Below, in pieces: positions 39,188 to 49,033 of a stretch of 64,000 nt of DNA. Where the stretch lies: assembly GCA_965222075.1 (NCBI GenBank), contig OZ244937.1:1920001-1984000 (forward strand). Reading direction: 5' to 3'. The translations under genes and the position numbers were made by a program. Numbering within the stretch: position 1 is the first letter of the stretch; every line of letters begins with the position of its first letter. The notes beneath the pieces are model-generated. The model did no database searches, was not told the DNA's origin, and saw only the letters and a program-made list of their open reading frames with translations. The stretch comes from Candidatus Latescibacterota bacterium (GTDB taxonomy: Bacteria > Latescibacterota > UBA2968 > GCA-2709665).

Positions 39188-39718
39188 TTACGGGGCATCT
39201 CCCTTTGTGATGGGGTAGTTCGCCCAGAACCAGGCGTTCCAGCCCTCGTAAAACGCCTGGGTTCGGGTATACCCCAAATCTTCGATCATCAGTCTGACAA
39301 AGAAAAAACTGTTCCGGCAGCTTCTGCCGCCGCAGTAGGCAATGATCCAGGTGTCTTTGGGCAGGTCGCCCAGCACATGCCGTATTCTGAGTTCGAATGA
39401 GAGAACCGGAATGCTCAGAGCGCCCGGAATGTGCCCGGCGGCATAGGCGTCGGGAGAACGGGTATCGATAAAGACGGCGTCTTTGCGATCGAATGCCCGT
39501 TTTGCCTCGTCTAAGGTAACGCGCATGCCCTCCACGTGCAGGTTCCATTCGATCCGTCCCGACAGAGGGATAGCATCGGGCGTTCGAAGCGGAATGCCGG
39601 CATCCGAAAAGGCATTGTAGGCAAACCCTGCTCCGGAGCCGATCAGGAGGACGGCGACGGCCTTTAAAATCAGGCGGCCCACGCCTGTATCCACTCTTTC
39701 CGGTCTGTCTGTCTCCAT
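39188..39718 (-). CDS. Membrane-anchored rhodanese-like domain protein
   Basis: One N-terminal TM; 'FIDTRS...YAAGHIPGALSI', active-site loop 'YCGGRSC', 'EGWNAW'. Confidence 0.85.
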   Translation of the reverse strand: METDRPERVDTGVGRLILKAVAVLLIGSGAGFAYNAFSDAGIPLRTPDAIPLSGRIEWNLHVEGMRVTLDEAKRAFDRKDAVFIDTRSPDAYAAGHIPGALSIPVLSFELRIRHVLGDLPKDTWIIAYCGGRSCRNSFFFVRLMIEDLGYTRTQAFYEGWNAWFWANYPITKGDAP

Positions 39719-39863
39719 CGCTCTTCACCACCTCCCTGGCAAAAAAAGCTTTTTATGGTACCGAGAACGTATAATATGGCTTAGCGTCGGTTTTCGCTTG
39801 GTTCGCTCCCGCCGGATTGCCAAATCCACGCCGAGCATCCCGACCCCAGCCCCCAATCCCTCT

Positions 39864-39892
39864 TTGACATTTCGCCTTTCATGTGCTATTTT
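39864..39892 (+). promoter_or_regulatory. Sigma70-type promoter TTGACA-17-TATTTT with extended -10 TG
   Basis: Consensus -35 and spacing, about 40 nt upstream of the 39934 ATG. Confidence 0.55.
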
Positions 39893-39933
39893 GCACCTTC
39901 CCCTGTACCTCTTTCCAACCAGGAGCCATCACA

Positions 39934-42318
39934 ATGAACCTTGCCGTCACAGAAGGCGTCTATTCAAAAGACAGCTACGAACCCAACCTCTGCACCCTGC
40001 GGGACGGCAAAACGTGCTGGACCGCCTGGGCGGCCTACGGCGCGGCGGGGTCCAGGGCATTTGTGCGGAAATTCGTCGGGAAAACCGCCGGTCCCATCGA
40101 GCCGCTGTCCCCCAACAATACCATGCAGACGCGCCCCATCTGCATCCCGAACGGGGATGAGGTAGTATTTGTCTGGCTTGAAAAGGCCGGCCAGCAGTAC
40201 GCGTTTTGGACCCGGAAACAGGATGGGAATGCGTTCACCCGGTGCCGGGAGTGCCACGTCCTGCCCGCTTCGGCAAAGGTCTGGGAGCCGCAGGCCCTCC
40301 TCGATGAAAGCGGCGCCCTCTGGATCTGCTGGGCCCACTCCGTCAGAGGAGACAGCCGCATCGAAATCCTCAGAACCCTCCCGGATGGCAAAACCGCAAC
40401 GTACTCGTTGGGAAATCGGGTACGCTACAATTACCGGCCCAGGATGGTCGAATGGGGGTCGGAAGGCGTCTACATCATCTGGGACAGCTACGTTGACGGC
40501 ACCTACGACATCTACGGCTGTGCGGTCGATCCGGCAGGCCCTCAGGAAGCGGTCAAAATCAGCCGCGACGCCGGGTGGGAAAACAGATCGACCCTCTGCC
40601 GGGACGCCGGCGGTGAACTCTGGGCGGTGTGGGTGCGCGGTGTGGACGTCATGTACCACAGCAGCACCCTCCAGCAGAAGTACTCCCTGCGGGGCGCCCG
40701 TTTGGACGGTCGGTCCTGGGCGCCTCTGTCGGGTGCGGACGGAGGCGCCGACATTGCGCCGCTCCACTACGGGCTGTTGACCGACTTCCCGAAACCGCCC
40801 AACCTGGGGCACATGGGCAGGCGGCTCTTCCCGATCCTCAAGGGCGCCGAAGGCGACGGCGTCTGGCTCTTCTACGAGGTCAAGGCAGACAGTGAGCAGG
40901 GCACGCTCACCTCCAGGGGCCGCCTCTTCGGCCATACCTGCGCCGACGGCGCCTGGTCGGAACCCTGCAACGTGGCCGACGGGAACATTTTCTACGAACT
41001 TCCCCACAATAGCACGGTCGGAACCGGGGTCTACCTCCTGTCGCAGGACATGATCACCGATGAGCGTTACCTGGAAAAGGTCGACCTCTCCACCGACCTC
41101 CCCGTTGTACCCCCTGAAAACCGCCGCATCGACCTGACCGAATGGAAGGAAGTCCGGCTGCCATTTGAGAACCTGCGAAAGACAGACCGGCCCCGCAACG
41201 ACCTGCCCGGCGGGGAAAGCGGGAAATACCACCTCTTCTGGGTGGACCTGCACTGCCACTCGGCGGCCTCCATCGAAATGGAGGGCGAGCCGGATGAGCT
41301 GGGCCACTACGCCCGGCACAAGGCGCAAATCGACGGGCTGACCGTCTCCGACAACGACTGCTTCTGGAACCTGCATACCCGCCAGAACGTGCGCCACCTG
41401 AAGGACTACGAGTGGGACTACGTCAAAGGCAACGCGATGGTCCTCAACGAACCCGGACAGTTTGCCATGTTTCCCGGCTACGAAATGACCGTGACCGACC
41501 GGGTGGACTCCGGGCGGGACCACCGGTCGGTGATGTCGGACGACGACGAAATGGAAATGGACCTGCTTCACTTCAAGTACAAAGAGGCCCACTCGAAGGG
41601 CGAGCGGCATACCCACAAGGACACCAGGGAGTGTATCGCCTGGTTCAAAGAAAAAGGTTACCTTCCCCTCCCCCACCCCCACCACGGGAAATGGAACCTC
41701 TACGACACGGACGTCGAGTGGGGCATCGACTTGTGTGCTGCCTGGATGATCAACATCGACCTTTACGACATCTATTTCAAATACCTGAACGCGGGCCATA
41801 AATTCGCCTTCACCGGCAGCGGGGACAGCCACCACCGCAACCCCGGCTTAAGCGGTGCGCTCACCGGCATCTGGGCCGAGCGCCTGGACCGTACCGCCTT
41901 CCTGAACGCGATCAAAGCGAGACGCTGCTACGCAACGGCCGGCCAGAAAATTCTGATCGAATTCACGATCAACGATCAGATGATGGGCAGCTCGCTGGTC
42001 GTTGAGGACGACCCGGTGCTGAAGTGGCGGGTCGTGGGCGAAGCGGGCCAGGAATACATCCTGCGCGTCCACCGGGACGGGCGTCTGATGCACGACGACC
42101 GGTTCATCGGCCAGACCCGGGGAGAGCGAAAAGAATTCCGGCTGCGCCAGTATCGCCCCGGAAAGCACTACTACTACCTCGAAGTCATGGCCCCCGACCC
42201 CATCCCCCAATACCCGGCCAACGTCGCGCACGCCATGGGCGCCAAAGGCTGGAGCACACCCATCTGGGTCGAGACACCTGCCTGCCGCGACGACCGCGGC
42301 GCAGGCAGGTCGGGATGA
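39934..42318 (+). CDS. PHP-like metallohydrolase (DUF3604/CehA-McbA-like) with N-terminal beta-propeller
   Basis: 'WVDLHCHS', 'PGYE', 'PHPHH', 'GSGDSH' and 'RRCYATAG' motifs; AGGAG RBS. Confidence 0.75.
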   Translation: MNLAVTEGVYSKDSYEPNLCTLRDGKTCWTAWAAYGAAGSRAFVRKFVGKTAGPIEPLSPNNTMQTRPICIPNGDEVVFVWLEKAGQQYAFWTRKQDGNAFTRCRECHVLPASAKVWEPQALLDESGALWICWAHSVRGDSRIEILRTLPDGKTATYSLGNRVRYNYRPRMVEWGSEGVYIIWDSYVDGTYDIYGCAVDPAGPQEAVKISRDAGWENRSTLCRDAGGELWAVWVRGVDVMYHSSTLQQKYSLRGARLDGRSWAPLSGADGGADIAPLHYGLLTDFPKPPNLGHMGRRLFPILKGAEGDGVWLFYEVKADSEQGTLTSRGRLFGHTCADGAWSEPCNVADGNIFYELPHNSTVGTGVYLLSQDMITDERYLEKVDLSTDLPVVPPENRRIDLTEWKEVRLPFENLRKTDRPRNDLPGGESGKYHLFWVDLHCHSAASIEMEGEPDELGHYARHKAQIDGLTVSDNDCFWNLHTRQNVRHLKDYEWDYVKGNAMVLNEPGQFAMFPGYEMTVTDRVDSGRDHRSVMSDDDEMEMDLLHFKYKEAHSKGERHTHKDTRECIAWFKEKGYLPLPHPHHGKWNLYDTDVEWGIDLCAAWMINIDLYDIYFKYLNAGHKFAFTGSGDSHHRNPGLSGALTGIWAERLDRTAFLNAIKARRCYATAGQKILIEFTINDQMMGSSLVVEDDPVLKWRVVGEAGQEYILRVHRDGRLMHDDRFIGQTRGERKEFRLRQYRPGKHYYYLEVMAPDPIPQYPANVAHAMGAKGWSTPIWVETPACRDDRGAGRSG

Positions 42319-42354
42319 CCGCCACTGTAGTTCCCCCCCCCGAAAAGAAGAAAC

Positions 42355-42376
42355 GGGGCGCACGGCCGTGCGCCCC
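42355..42376. repeat. REP-like perfect palindrome GGGGCGCACGGCCGTGCGCCCC
   Basis: 22-bp palindrome between convergent genes, resembling GTAG-type REP elements; may also act as a terminator. Confidence 0.65.
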
Positions 42377-42405
42377 TGCGATATCTATCCGACACACTCG
42401 ACCGA

Positions 42406-43740
42406 TCAGTAAATCGGCAGATAGTGGTCAACCTCCCACTGGCTCACACTCTGGTGATACTGCCGCCACTCCTCGCGCTTGCACGCGATGTAGTAGTCCC
42501 CATAGACTTCCCCCAGCGCGCCCTTGACCACCTCGTCCTGCTCTAAGTAGTCGAGGGCCTCTCTGAGGGTCGAGGGCAGAAAACCGATGCCCCGCCGGTG
42601 CAGCTCCTCTTCAGGAACCTCGTAGAGGTTATCGTCGTTGCGCTCTCCCGGATCGATCTTGTTCTCGATCCCGTCCAGCCCGGCGGCAAGCATCGCCGAG
42701 CAGGCCAGGTAGGGGTTTGCCGAGCCGTCCACCGAACGGTTCTCAATACGTCCCGGCCCGGGAATGCGGATCATCTGCGTCCGGTTGGACGCGCCGTAGG
42801 TCACATACACCGGCGCCCACGAAGCCCCGGAGCGGGGCGCGCCCCGGACCAGCCGCTTGTAACTGTTGACGATCGGCGCCGCCACGGCGACCAGCGCCTT
42901 GGCATGTTTGAGGAGACCGCCGATAAACCAGTAGGCCTGCTCGGACAGGCCCATCTCATCCCCCTCGTCTAAAAACAGATTCGTCCTGTTATCTTCGTCC
43001 CACAGGCTCATGTGATAGTGCGCGCCGCTGCCCGTCAGGTGTGCAAAAGGCTTGGGCATAAAGGTCGCCAGCAGCCCGTACTGTTCGGCATTCACCTTAA
43101 CCATCCACCTGAAAAAGGTATGCCGGTCCGCCGTCGTCAGCGCGTTCGAGTAGTGCCAATTGATCTCGAACTGGCAGTTGGCGTCTTCGTGGTCGTTCGC
43201 ATAGGGGTCCCAGCCCAGTTCCTGCATGTATTTGATCAGCGTCGTCATCACATCCAAATTCCGGTGCAGCGTTACCAGGTCGTAGCAGGGCTTTTCCAGG
43301 ATATCAAGCGGGTCGAACGGCGCATACTGCCCGCTCTCATCCTGTTTGAGCAGCATGAACTCGGCTTCGACACCCACATTGAAGAAATACCCGCTCTCCC
43401 CGGCCTTCTCCAGCTGCCGCTGCAAAATCGTGCGCGGGCAGTAGTCCCACGGCTTATCTTCAACGTGGATATTACCCGCCACCCACGCCGTGTTCTTGCG
43501 CCACGGCAGAACCGTAAGCGAACCAAAATCGGGGAGATTCGCCATATCCGGATCGTGCGGCCCCTGCCCCATGTTGCCCGCTGCGAAACCTGCAAACCCC
43601 GCCCCCTCCGCTGCCATATCGTCCAGGTGCGTCACCGGCACCACCTTGGCCTTTGGCATCCCGTTCATCTCCACGAACGAGCAGAGGATAAATTCGATCC
43701 CTTTCTCGTTAACAAGCTCCTTAACCTGATCCAGCGTCAT
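42406..43740 (-). CDS. gmaS: Type III glutamate-ammonia ligase / gamma-glutamylmethylamide synthetase
   Basis: 'GAGFAGFA', 'DHEDANCQFEIN', 'ATFMPKPF', 'SGASWAP' and 'NRTQMIRIP' motifs of the GlnT/GmaS clade, in methylamine gene context. Confidence 0.85.
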   Translation of the reverse strand: MTLDQVKELVNEKGIEFILCSFVEMNGMPKAKVVPVTHLDDMAAEGAGFAGFAAGNMGQGPHDPDMANLPDFGSLTVLPWRKNTAWVAGNIHVEDKPWDYCPRTILQRQLEKAGESGYFFNVGVEAEFMLLKQDESGQYAPFDPLDILEKPCYDLVTLHRNLDVMTTLIKYMQELGWDPYANDHEDANCQFEINWHYSNALTTADRHTFFRWMVKVNAEQYGLLATFMPKPFAHLTGSGAHYHMSLWDEDNRTNLFLDEGDEMGLSEQAYWFIGGLLKHAKALVAVAAPIVNSYKRLVRGAPRSGASWAPVYVTYGASNRTQMIRIPGPGRIENRSVDGSANPYLACSAMLAAGLDGIENKIDPGERNDDNLYEVPEEELHRRGIGFLPSTLREALDYLEQDEVVKGALGEVYGDYYIACKREEWRQYHQSVSQWEVDHYLPIY

Positions 43741-43770
43741 AATCGACTCCCCTCCCTCTAAAATAAAAGG

Positions 43771-44001
43771 TTAGAGATTTTTCTGGTTGTTCTGAATCGT
43801 CTGAATAAGAGTGTCGTCGTGATCCAGGTTTTCCATCTCTTCCCTGTAGCTCGAACATTCAAACCTCATCTGCCAGACCGTATACACAACCCAGAAAACA
43901 AAACAGATCACGAACAGCAGGCCCTCTGTCCCCACAAAGGGATATATAGGCCCCATGTCTACCGGATTCCCTCCCCAGCTCTCAACAAGACCTGTCCTCA
44001 T
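43771..44001 (-). CDS. Small single-TM membrane protein of methylamine/amt clusters
   Basis: 76 aa; 'GPIYPFVGTE' followed by a TM helix; AAGGAGG RBS. Confidence 0.65.
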   Translation of the reverse strand: MRTGLVESWGGNPVDMGPIYPFVGTEGLLFVICFVFWVVYTVWQMRFECSSYREEMENLDHDDTLIQTIQNNQKNL

Positions 44002-44049
44002 CCTTCACCTCCTTGAATGAATAAAGCCCCATCAATCCCAAATCCGCAA

Positions 44050-45735
44050 TCAAAAGAGTCCCACCGTCTGTCCCTTCTCGTCAAAATCGATCGACTCCGC
44101 AGAAGGCACCCTGGGAAGGCCGGGCATGGTCATAATATCGCCTGCCAGCACCACCACGAACCCGGCGCCTGCGGAAACCCGGACATCACGGACGGGCAGG
44201 TCGAAATTTCTCGGCCTGCCCTTCAACCCCGGATCTGTGGACAGAGAATACTGGGTCTTTGCCATACAGATCGGCAGATCGCCATACCCTTCTCTCTCCA
44301 ACCGTCGGAACCTGGCCCTCAGGCTCTTGTCGCCCATAATATCGTTCGCCCCATAAATCTCCTGAGCGATCGTTCGGACCTTATCCCAGAGCCTGCACTT
44401 ATTCGGATACAGAAACCTGAAATCGCTCCTGGTCGTCTCGGCAACCTTCACCACCGTCCCTGCCAGCGCCTCTGCGCCTTCCCCGCCCCTCGCCCAGTGG
44501 TCGGCCTGCACGACCTCCACCCCCAGGTGGTCGCACTTATCCCGAACCAGCGCCACCTCCTCCGGCGTATCCGTCGAAAACGTATTGATCGCCACAACCC
44601 CCGGCAGGCCGAAGAGACGGATATTCTCGATATGCTTCTTGAGGTTCTCAATCCCCCTGTCCAGCGCCGCCATGTTGGGCCGCGTGAGTTCCTTTAACTC
44701 GACCCCGCCGTGGGATTTCAGCGCCCGCACCGTCGCAACCAGAACCACAACATCGGGACGAAGACCCGCCTGCCGGCACTTGATATTCAAAAACTTCTCC
44801 GCGCCCAGGTCTGCGCCGAACCCGGCCTCGGTAACCGTATACTCGGACAGCCTCATCGCCAGTTTAGTCGCCATCACCGAATTGCACCCGTGAGCGATAT
44901 TGGCAAACGGACCGCCGTGTACGATGGCCGGGTTGTTCTCCAGTGTCTGCACCAGGTTGGGCATGAGCGCATTCCGCAGCAACACCGCCATTGCACCGTG
45001 AACGTTGAGATACGCGGCCGTAATGGCCTTCCTCGAACGCGTATACGCCACGATGATTTTGCCCAGCCGGTCTCGCAGCTCCTCCAGCGACTCCGACAGA
45101 CATAGTATCGCCATCACCTCCGAAGCCACCGTAATGTCAAATCCGGACTCGCGGGGGAACGAATTGCCCGGACCGCCCAGGCCGATGACGATGTTCCGAA
45201 GCGCCCGGTCGTTCATATCCACAGCGCGTTTCCACACAACACGCCTCGGATCGATATCCAGCCGGTTTCCCTGGTGGATGTGATTGTCCAGCACGGCCGC
45301 CAGCAGGTTGTGCGCCGTGCCAATCGCGTGCATATCCCCCGTAAAGTGGAGGTTGACATCCTCCATCGGCACAACCTGGGCATACCCCCCGCCCGCCGCC
45401 CCTCCTTTCATCCCGAAACAGGGCCCCAGCGAAGGCTCGCGTAAGCAAACGGTGGCCTGCTTTCCGATCCGGTTCAATCCATCGCCCAGCCCCACCGCCG
45501 TCGTCGTCTTCCCCTCTCCCGAAGGCGTCGGATTAATCGAAGAAACCAGCACCAGCTTGCCAGCAGGCGCATTCTCCAGGCTGCGGTAGTAATCCACCGA
45601 AACCTTCGCCTTCAACTTCCCGTAAGGCTCGATATGCGCCTGATCGATCCCCAGCTTCTGAGCCACCTCCTCAATCGGAAGCAGTGCTGCCCGCCGCGCA
45701 ATCTCGATGTCCGGCGGCATCTCCCGCTTGCCCAT
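44050..45735 (-). CDS. fhs: Formate--tetrahydrofolate ligase
   Basis: 'TPSGEGKTT', '[12 protein letters not shown]', '[14 protein letters not shown]', '[14 protein letters not shown]' and 'IMTMPGLP' motifs. Confidence 0.97.
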   Translation of the reverse strand: MGKREMPPDIEIARRAALLPIEEVAQKLGIDQAHIEPYGKLKAKVSVDYYRSLENAPAGKLVLVSSINPTPSGEGKTTTAVGLGDGLNRIGKQATVCLREPSLGPCFGMKGGAAGGGYAQVVPMEDVNLHFTGDMHAIGTAHNLLAAVLDNHIHQGNRLDIDPRRVVWKRAVDMNDRALRNIVIGLGGPGNSFPRESGFDITVASEVMAILCLSESLEELRDRLGKIIVAYTRSRKAITAAYLNVHGAMAVLLRNALMPNLVQTLENNPAIVHGGPFANIAHGCNSVMATKLAMRLSEYTVTEAGFGADLGAEKFLNIKCRQAGLRPDVVVLVATVRALKSHGGVELKELTRPNMAALDRGIENLKKHIENIRLFGLPGVVAINTFSTDTPEEVALVRDKCDHLGVEVVQADHWARGGEGAEALAGTVVKVAETTRSDFRFLYPNKCRLWDKVRTIAQEIYGANDIMGDKSLRARFRRLEREGYGDLPICMAKTQYSLSTDPGLKGRPRNFDLPVRDVRVSAGAGFVVVLAGDIMTMPGLPRVPSAESIDFDEKGQTVGLF

Positions 45736-45745
45736 AGCACCCCTT

Positions 45746-47161
45746 TCACCCTTCGTCTTGCGACACGCCTCCATCCCGCGCCGCTTCGAGCTCCACGCGA
45801 ATGATCTCATTCGCATCGTCCGATTCTGTCTCTATCCCCCGGTGGTCCATTCCCGCCAGTTCAACCTGCTGGGGAATTCTGAGCAGATTCAACCTTTTCA
45901 GAAGAAGGCCGAGGATGTAACAGGGCAGGAAACCGAGCACAACGAACATAATGATCGCACCGATGGTCTGCCCCCAGGGCGTAATGACCGCATAGGCGGA
46001 ATTGGGTGAACTTGGATACCCCCACAGCACAAACCCTGCAACAATAACCCCGATCACGCCAGCATATCCGTGAACGGCAACGGCGCCGACCGCATCGTCA
46101 ATTTTGAACTTCCGCTCCACCCAGTAGTGCAGCTTGTACATACACAACACCCCGAAGCCGCCGATAAGATGGGCCTGCAGCGGATGGTACAGGTCGTTTC
46201 CCGCCGAAGCGGTAATAATGCCCGCCAGTCCCCCCGAAAACGTCCAGTAGGGATCGCCCTTGGACACAAAATATCCCGCGATCAACCCTCCGGCCAGCGA
46301 CATCAAAAAGTTAAACGTAATCGCGCTCAACGTCGTGGGCGTCAGATAGATCGTCGTGGCCGAGAAAAACGTCCTGGCATCGGAAGCATCGACATCCCAG
46401 ATCGGCACATTGCAGGCGGCGTAAAATCCCCAGAACCCGGTATAGATCAGAAACAGCCCGATGACGACCAGCCAGGTGTTGTGCGGAGGGAAATTCCGGG
46501 GCGTCCCATCCGGGCGAAACCTCCCGATTCTCGGGCCCAGATGGTAGAGAATTGCCAGTGCCGATCCCCCGCTGATGGCGTGGATCACCCCCGACGCATA
46601 GGCGTCGTGGTAGCCCAGCACCTGGACCATCCATCCATCCGCCGACCATCCCCACGCAGCGTCGATCACCCAGGTGATTGACCCCACCAGAACGGCGAAT
46701 AGCCAGAAGGCGCTCGACCGGATGCGTTCGATCACCGCCCCCGAAAGAATCGAACCCGCCGTCCAGGAAAAGATCAGAAACGCCGCCCAGAACACGCCGT
46801 TGATACGCGCCCATGCCGCCGTGTCCGCCGCCGACAGCCCCCCACCGTGGGGCTTCCCCCCCATGTGCGTTCCCATCAACTCGTTCCAGGGCTCCGCCCA
46901 GGCGGCGGATTTTAAGCCTCCTGTGATGCCCGGCCCGTTCTGAAAGGCGAAATAGATCCACCATCCGAAAAAGTAAAACGTCACCGTCACCAGCGGAATA
47001 AGCATCGCATTCTTCATCAGGGTGTGCATCATATTCTTGCGGCGAGAAACGCCCACTTCGTACAGGCAGAACCCCACGTGAATGAGGAACATCAGAACAA
47101 TGCACACCCAATAGTAGAACTCTGTAAAAATAACCGACAATGCACTCAGTTCATTCTCCAT
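45746..47161 (-). CDS. amt: Ammonium transporter family protein (probably methylamine-associated)
   Basis: '[10 protein letters not shown]', 'LGPRIGRF' and '[12 protein letters not shown]' with the twin-His retained; about 11 TMs. Confidence 0.88.
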   Translation of the reverse strand: MENELSALSVIFTEFYYWVCIVLMFLIHVGFCLYEVGVSRRKNMMHTLMKNAMLIPLVTVTFYFFGWWIYFAFQNGPGITGGLKSAAWAEPWNELMGTHMGGKPHGGGLSAADTAAWARINGVFWAAFLIFSWTAGSILSGAVIERIRSSAFWLFAVLVGSITWVIDAAWGWSADGWMVQVLGYHDAYASGVIHAISGGSALAILYHLGPRIGRFRPDGTPRNFPPHNTWLVVIGLFLIYTGFWGFYAACNVPIWDVDASDARTFFSATTIYLTPTTLSAITFNFLMSLAGGLIAGYFVSKGDPYWTFSGGLAGIITASAGNDLYHPLQAHLIGGFGVLCMYKLHYWVERKFKIDDAVGAVAVHGYAGVIGVIVAGFVLWGYPSSPNSAYAVITPWGQTIGAIIMFVVLGFLPCYILGLLLKRLNLLRIPQQVELAGMDHRGIETESDDANEIIRVELEAARDGGVSQDEG

Positions 47162-47198
47162 AGGTCTATCTCCCTCCCGGTCCTGCGTTGGCCTGCGG

Positions 47199-48539
47199 TT
47201 AGCTCCACGGAAACGGGCTGTTTGACACCGGGTGCAGCCTCCCCTCGGCGTAACGCGAAAAGCGAAAGGGCGCCAGCATGGCGCTTTCATGTCCCATAAT
47301 CTCTTCCGCGACCAGCTCTCCCACGCCAATCATCTTGTACCCATGGTTGGAATCGGCAATGATGTAGCAGTTCTCGCAGAACACGTCGAACACCGGGAAG
47401 CTGTCCGGCGTAAACGCCCCCAGCCCCCCTGAAGGATCATCGCTTTTATAATATTTGAACTTGCCCTCAAAACGCTTCTGGCAGAAGGCCAGCGCCGAAC
47501 ACCACATGCGGGCGAAATCCTCGCCCGCCACAAAATCGGGCGACTTGGGGCCGTAAGGGTCCACTTTCACCTCGTCCGGATCGGTCTCAACCCTGTAGGG
47601 CATACCGCCCCCCTGGACGCCGCCGAAGCAGAAATCCGGCTTGTAGTAAATGCCCCACAGCGCCTCGGTGATCAGGGAGCCGTCCACGTCCGAATACAGC
47701 GGCACATCGGTGTCTACGTGGATCACGGGGGGCATCTTTCCGTCGTTGGTCTTCTGGAAGTCGGGATCAACGCCCAGCGTGCCCTCCTGCAAACACCAGT
47801 AGGTCCACATCCGGATATCGTGGTGCATCCTGCCGTCGCGGCCCTTGATACTGACCGTCCCGGGCAGGTCCAGCATCTCCCAGACCGACTTGATCCAGGG
47901 CCCCGCGCCCACCACCACGTAATCCGTCTGAATCACGTTCCGATCAGTCACCACGCCCGAGATCGCCTTCCCCGAGAATTGAAATCCGGTGACCCGGACG
48001 CCGGAGAGAATCTGCACACCCTCGTTTTGCGCTTTGGCAGCCAGGCCTTCCATTGAGGCCTTGTTGTTGGCATACCCTCCCTTCTTCTCGTGTAGGACCG
48101 ACGTAATTCCCCTGGCCTGCCAGTCGTGAAAAATGCCTTTCATATACGCCTTGCAGTCGGCTTCTCCCTCGATAAATTCGGAGGGGTAGCCGATCTCTTT
48201 CTGCTGTGCGGCAATGCTGGCCACGTCCGTGTGCATCACCTCGGGGCTGATCTGCATGTAGCCCACCGGATGGTAACTGTATACCCCGGGGTCGCTTTCC
48301 CATACCTGAACGCTGTGGGCCATCAGCTCGCGCATCGCCGGCTGGTAATAGTTGTTGCGCACCACCCCGCATGCAATCCCCGACGCCCCGGCGGCGATCC
48401 CCGTCTTGTCCACAATGAGAACGTCCGAGCCGCTTCCCCTCCCACTCGCCTTCAACGCAAGCGCGAGGTGGTAACCGGTACTCAGCCCGTGAACGCCGGC
48501 GCCGATAATCACATATCTGGAAGCCTCAGGCACCCCCAT
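47199..48539 (-). CDS. mgdA: N-methylglutamate dehydrogenase subunit A-like FAD oxidoreductase
   Basis: 'IIGAGVHGLST', 'GASGIACGVVRNNYYQPAM' and 'DSNHGYKMIGVG' motifs typical of MgdA; gene context. Confidence 0.75.
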   Translation of the reverse strand: MGVPEASRYVIIGAGVHGLSTGYHLALALKASGRGSGSDVLIVDKTGIAAGASGIACGVVRNNYYQPAMRELMAHSVQVWESDPGVYSYHPVGYMQISPEVMHTDVASIAAQQKEIGYPSEFIEGEADCKAYMKGIFHDWQARGITSVLHEKKGGYANNKASMEGLAAKAQNEGVQILSGVRVTGFQFSGKAISGVVTDRNVIQTDYVVVGAGPWIKSVWEMLDLPGTVSIKGRDGRMHHDIRMWTYWCLQEGTLGVDPDFQKTNDGKMPPVIHVDTDVPLYSDVDGSLITEALWGIYYKPDFCFGGVQGGGMPYRVETDPDEVKVDPYGPKSPDFVAGEDFARMWCSALAFCQKRFEGKFKYYKSDDPSGGLGAFTPDSFPVFDVFCENCYIIADSNHGYKMIGVGELVAEEIMGHESAMLAPFRFSRYAEGRLHPVSNSPFPWS

Positions 48540-49020
48540 CGGTCGTACTCCCAACAAGCTGCGTGTAATTTCCGCCATAAAAAATCAGCGGACGGCCCTC
48601 ATTCGCATTCCCCGCCACAATCTCGCCAACAAAAATATCGTGGTCACCGCCGGGAAAAATATCGGTCAAATAACAGTCCACAAACGCCAGCCCCTCCGCC
48701 AGGATCGGAGCGCCCGTCTCCGCCTCGGTGAGCTTCAGGTTGGAGAAATCTTTCGGGCCGGGGGCCGCGAACTGCCGGGAAACCGCCTCCTGTTCGTCTG
48801 TCAGCACATTCATCGCGAAGCACTTGCCCTGCGTTAGCGATCCGTGCATCTGGTTGCGCTTATCCACCGCCACCAGAACCAGCGGCGGGTCCAGCGACAG
48901 CGACGCAACCGCATTCGCCGTCATTCCGCAGAGTTGGCCCTCGTGACGCGTGGTCACCACCGTCACCCCCGTTGCAAAACAGCCCATAATCCGCCGCTGT
49001 TCCATCGCATCGAACGCCAT
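48526..49020 (-). CDS. Flavin reductase (HpaC/RutF-like)
   Basis: 'FATGVTVVT', 'GMTANAVASLSLDPPLVLV', 'GGDHDIFVGEI' and 'PLIFY' motifs. Confidence 0.92.
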   Translation of the reverse strand: MAFDAMEQRRIMGCFATGVTVVTTRHEGQLCGMTANAVASLSLDPPLVLVAVDKRNQMHGSLTQGKCFAMNVLTDEQEAVSRQFAAPGPKDFSNLKLTEAETGAPILAEGLAFVDCYLTDIFPGGDHDIFVGEIVAGNANEGRPLIFYGGNYTQLVGSTTDGGA

Positions 49021-49033
49021 CCCCGTTCCCTTT

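Noticed and set aside
39964-41835. 623-aa minus-strand ORF
   Set aside because: Shadow of the PHP-like hydrolase, which has clear motifs, an RBS and a promoter.
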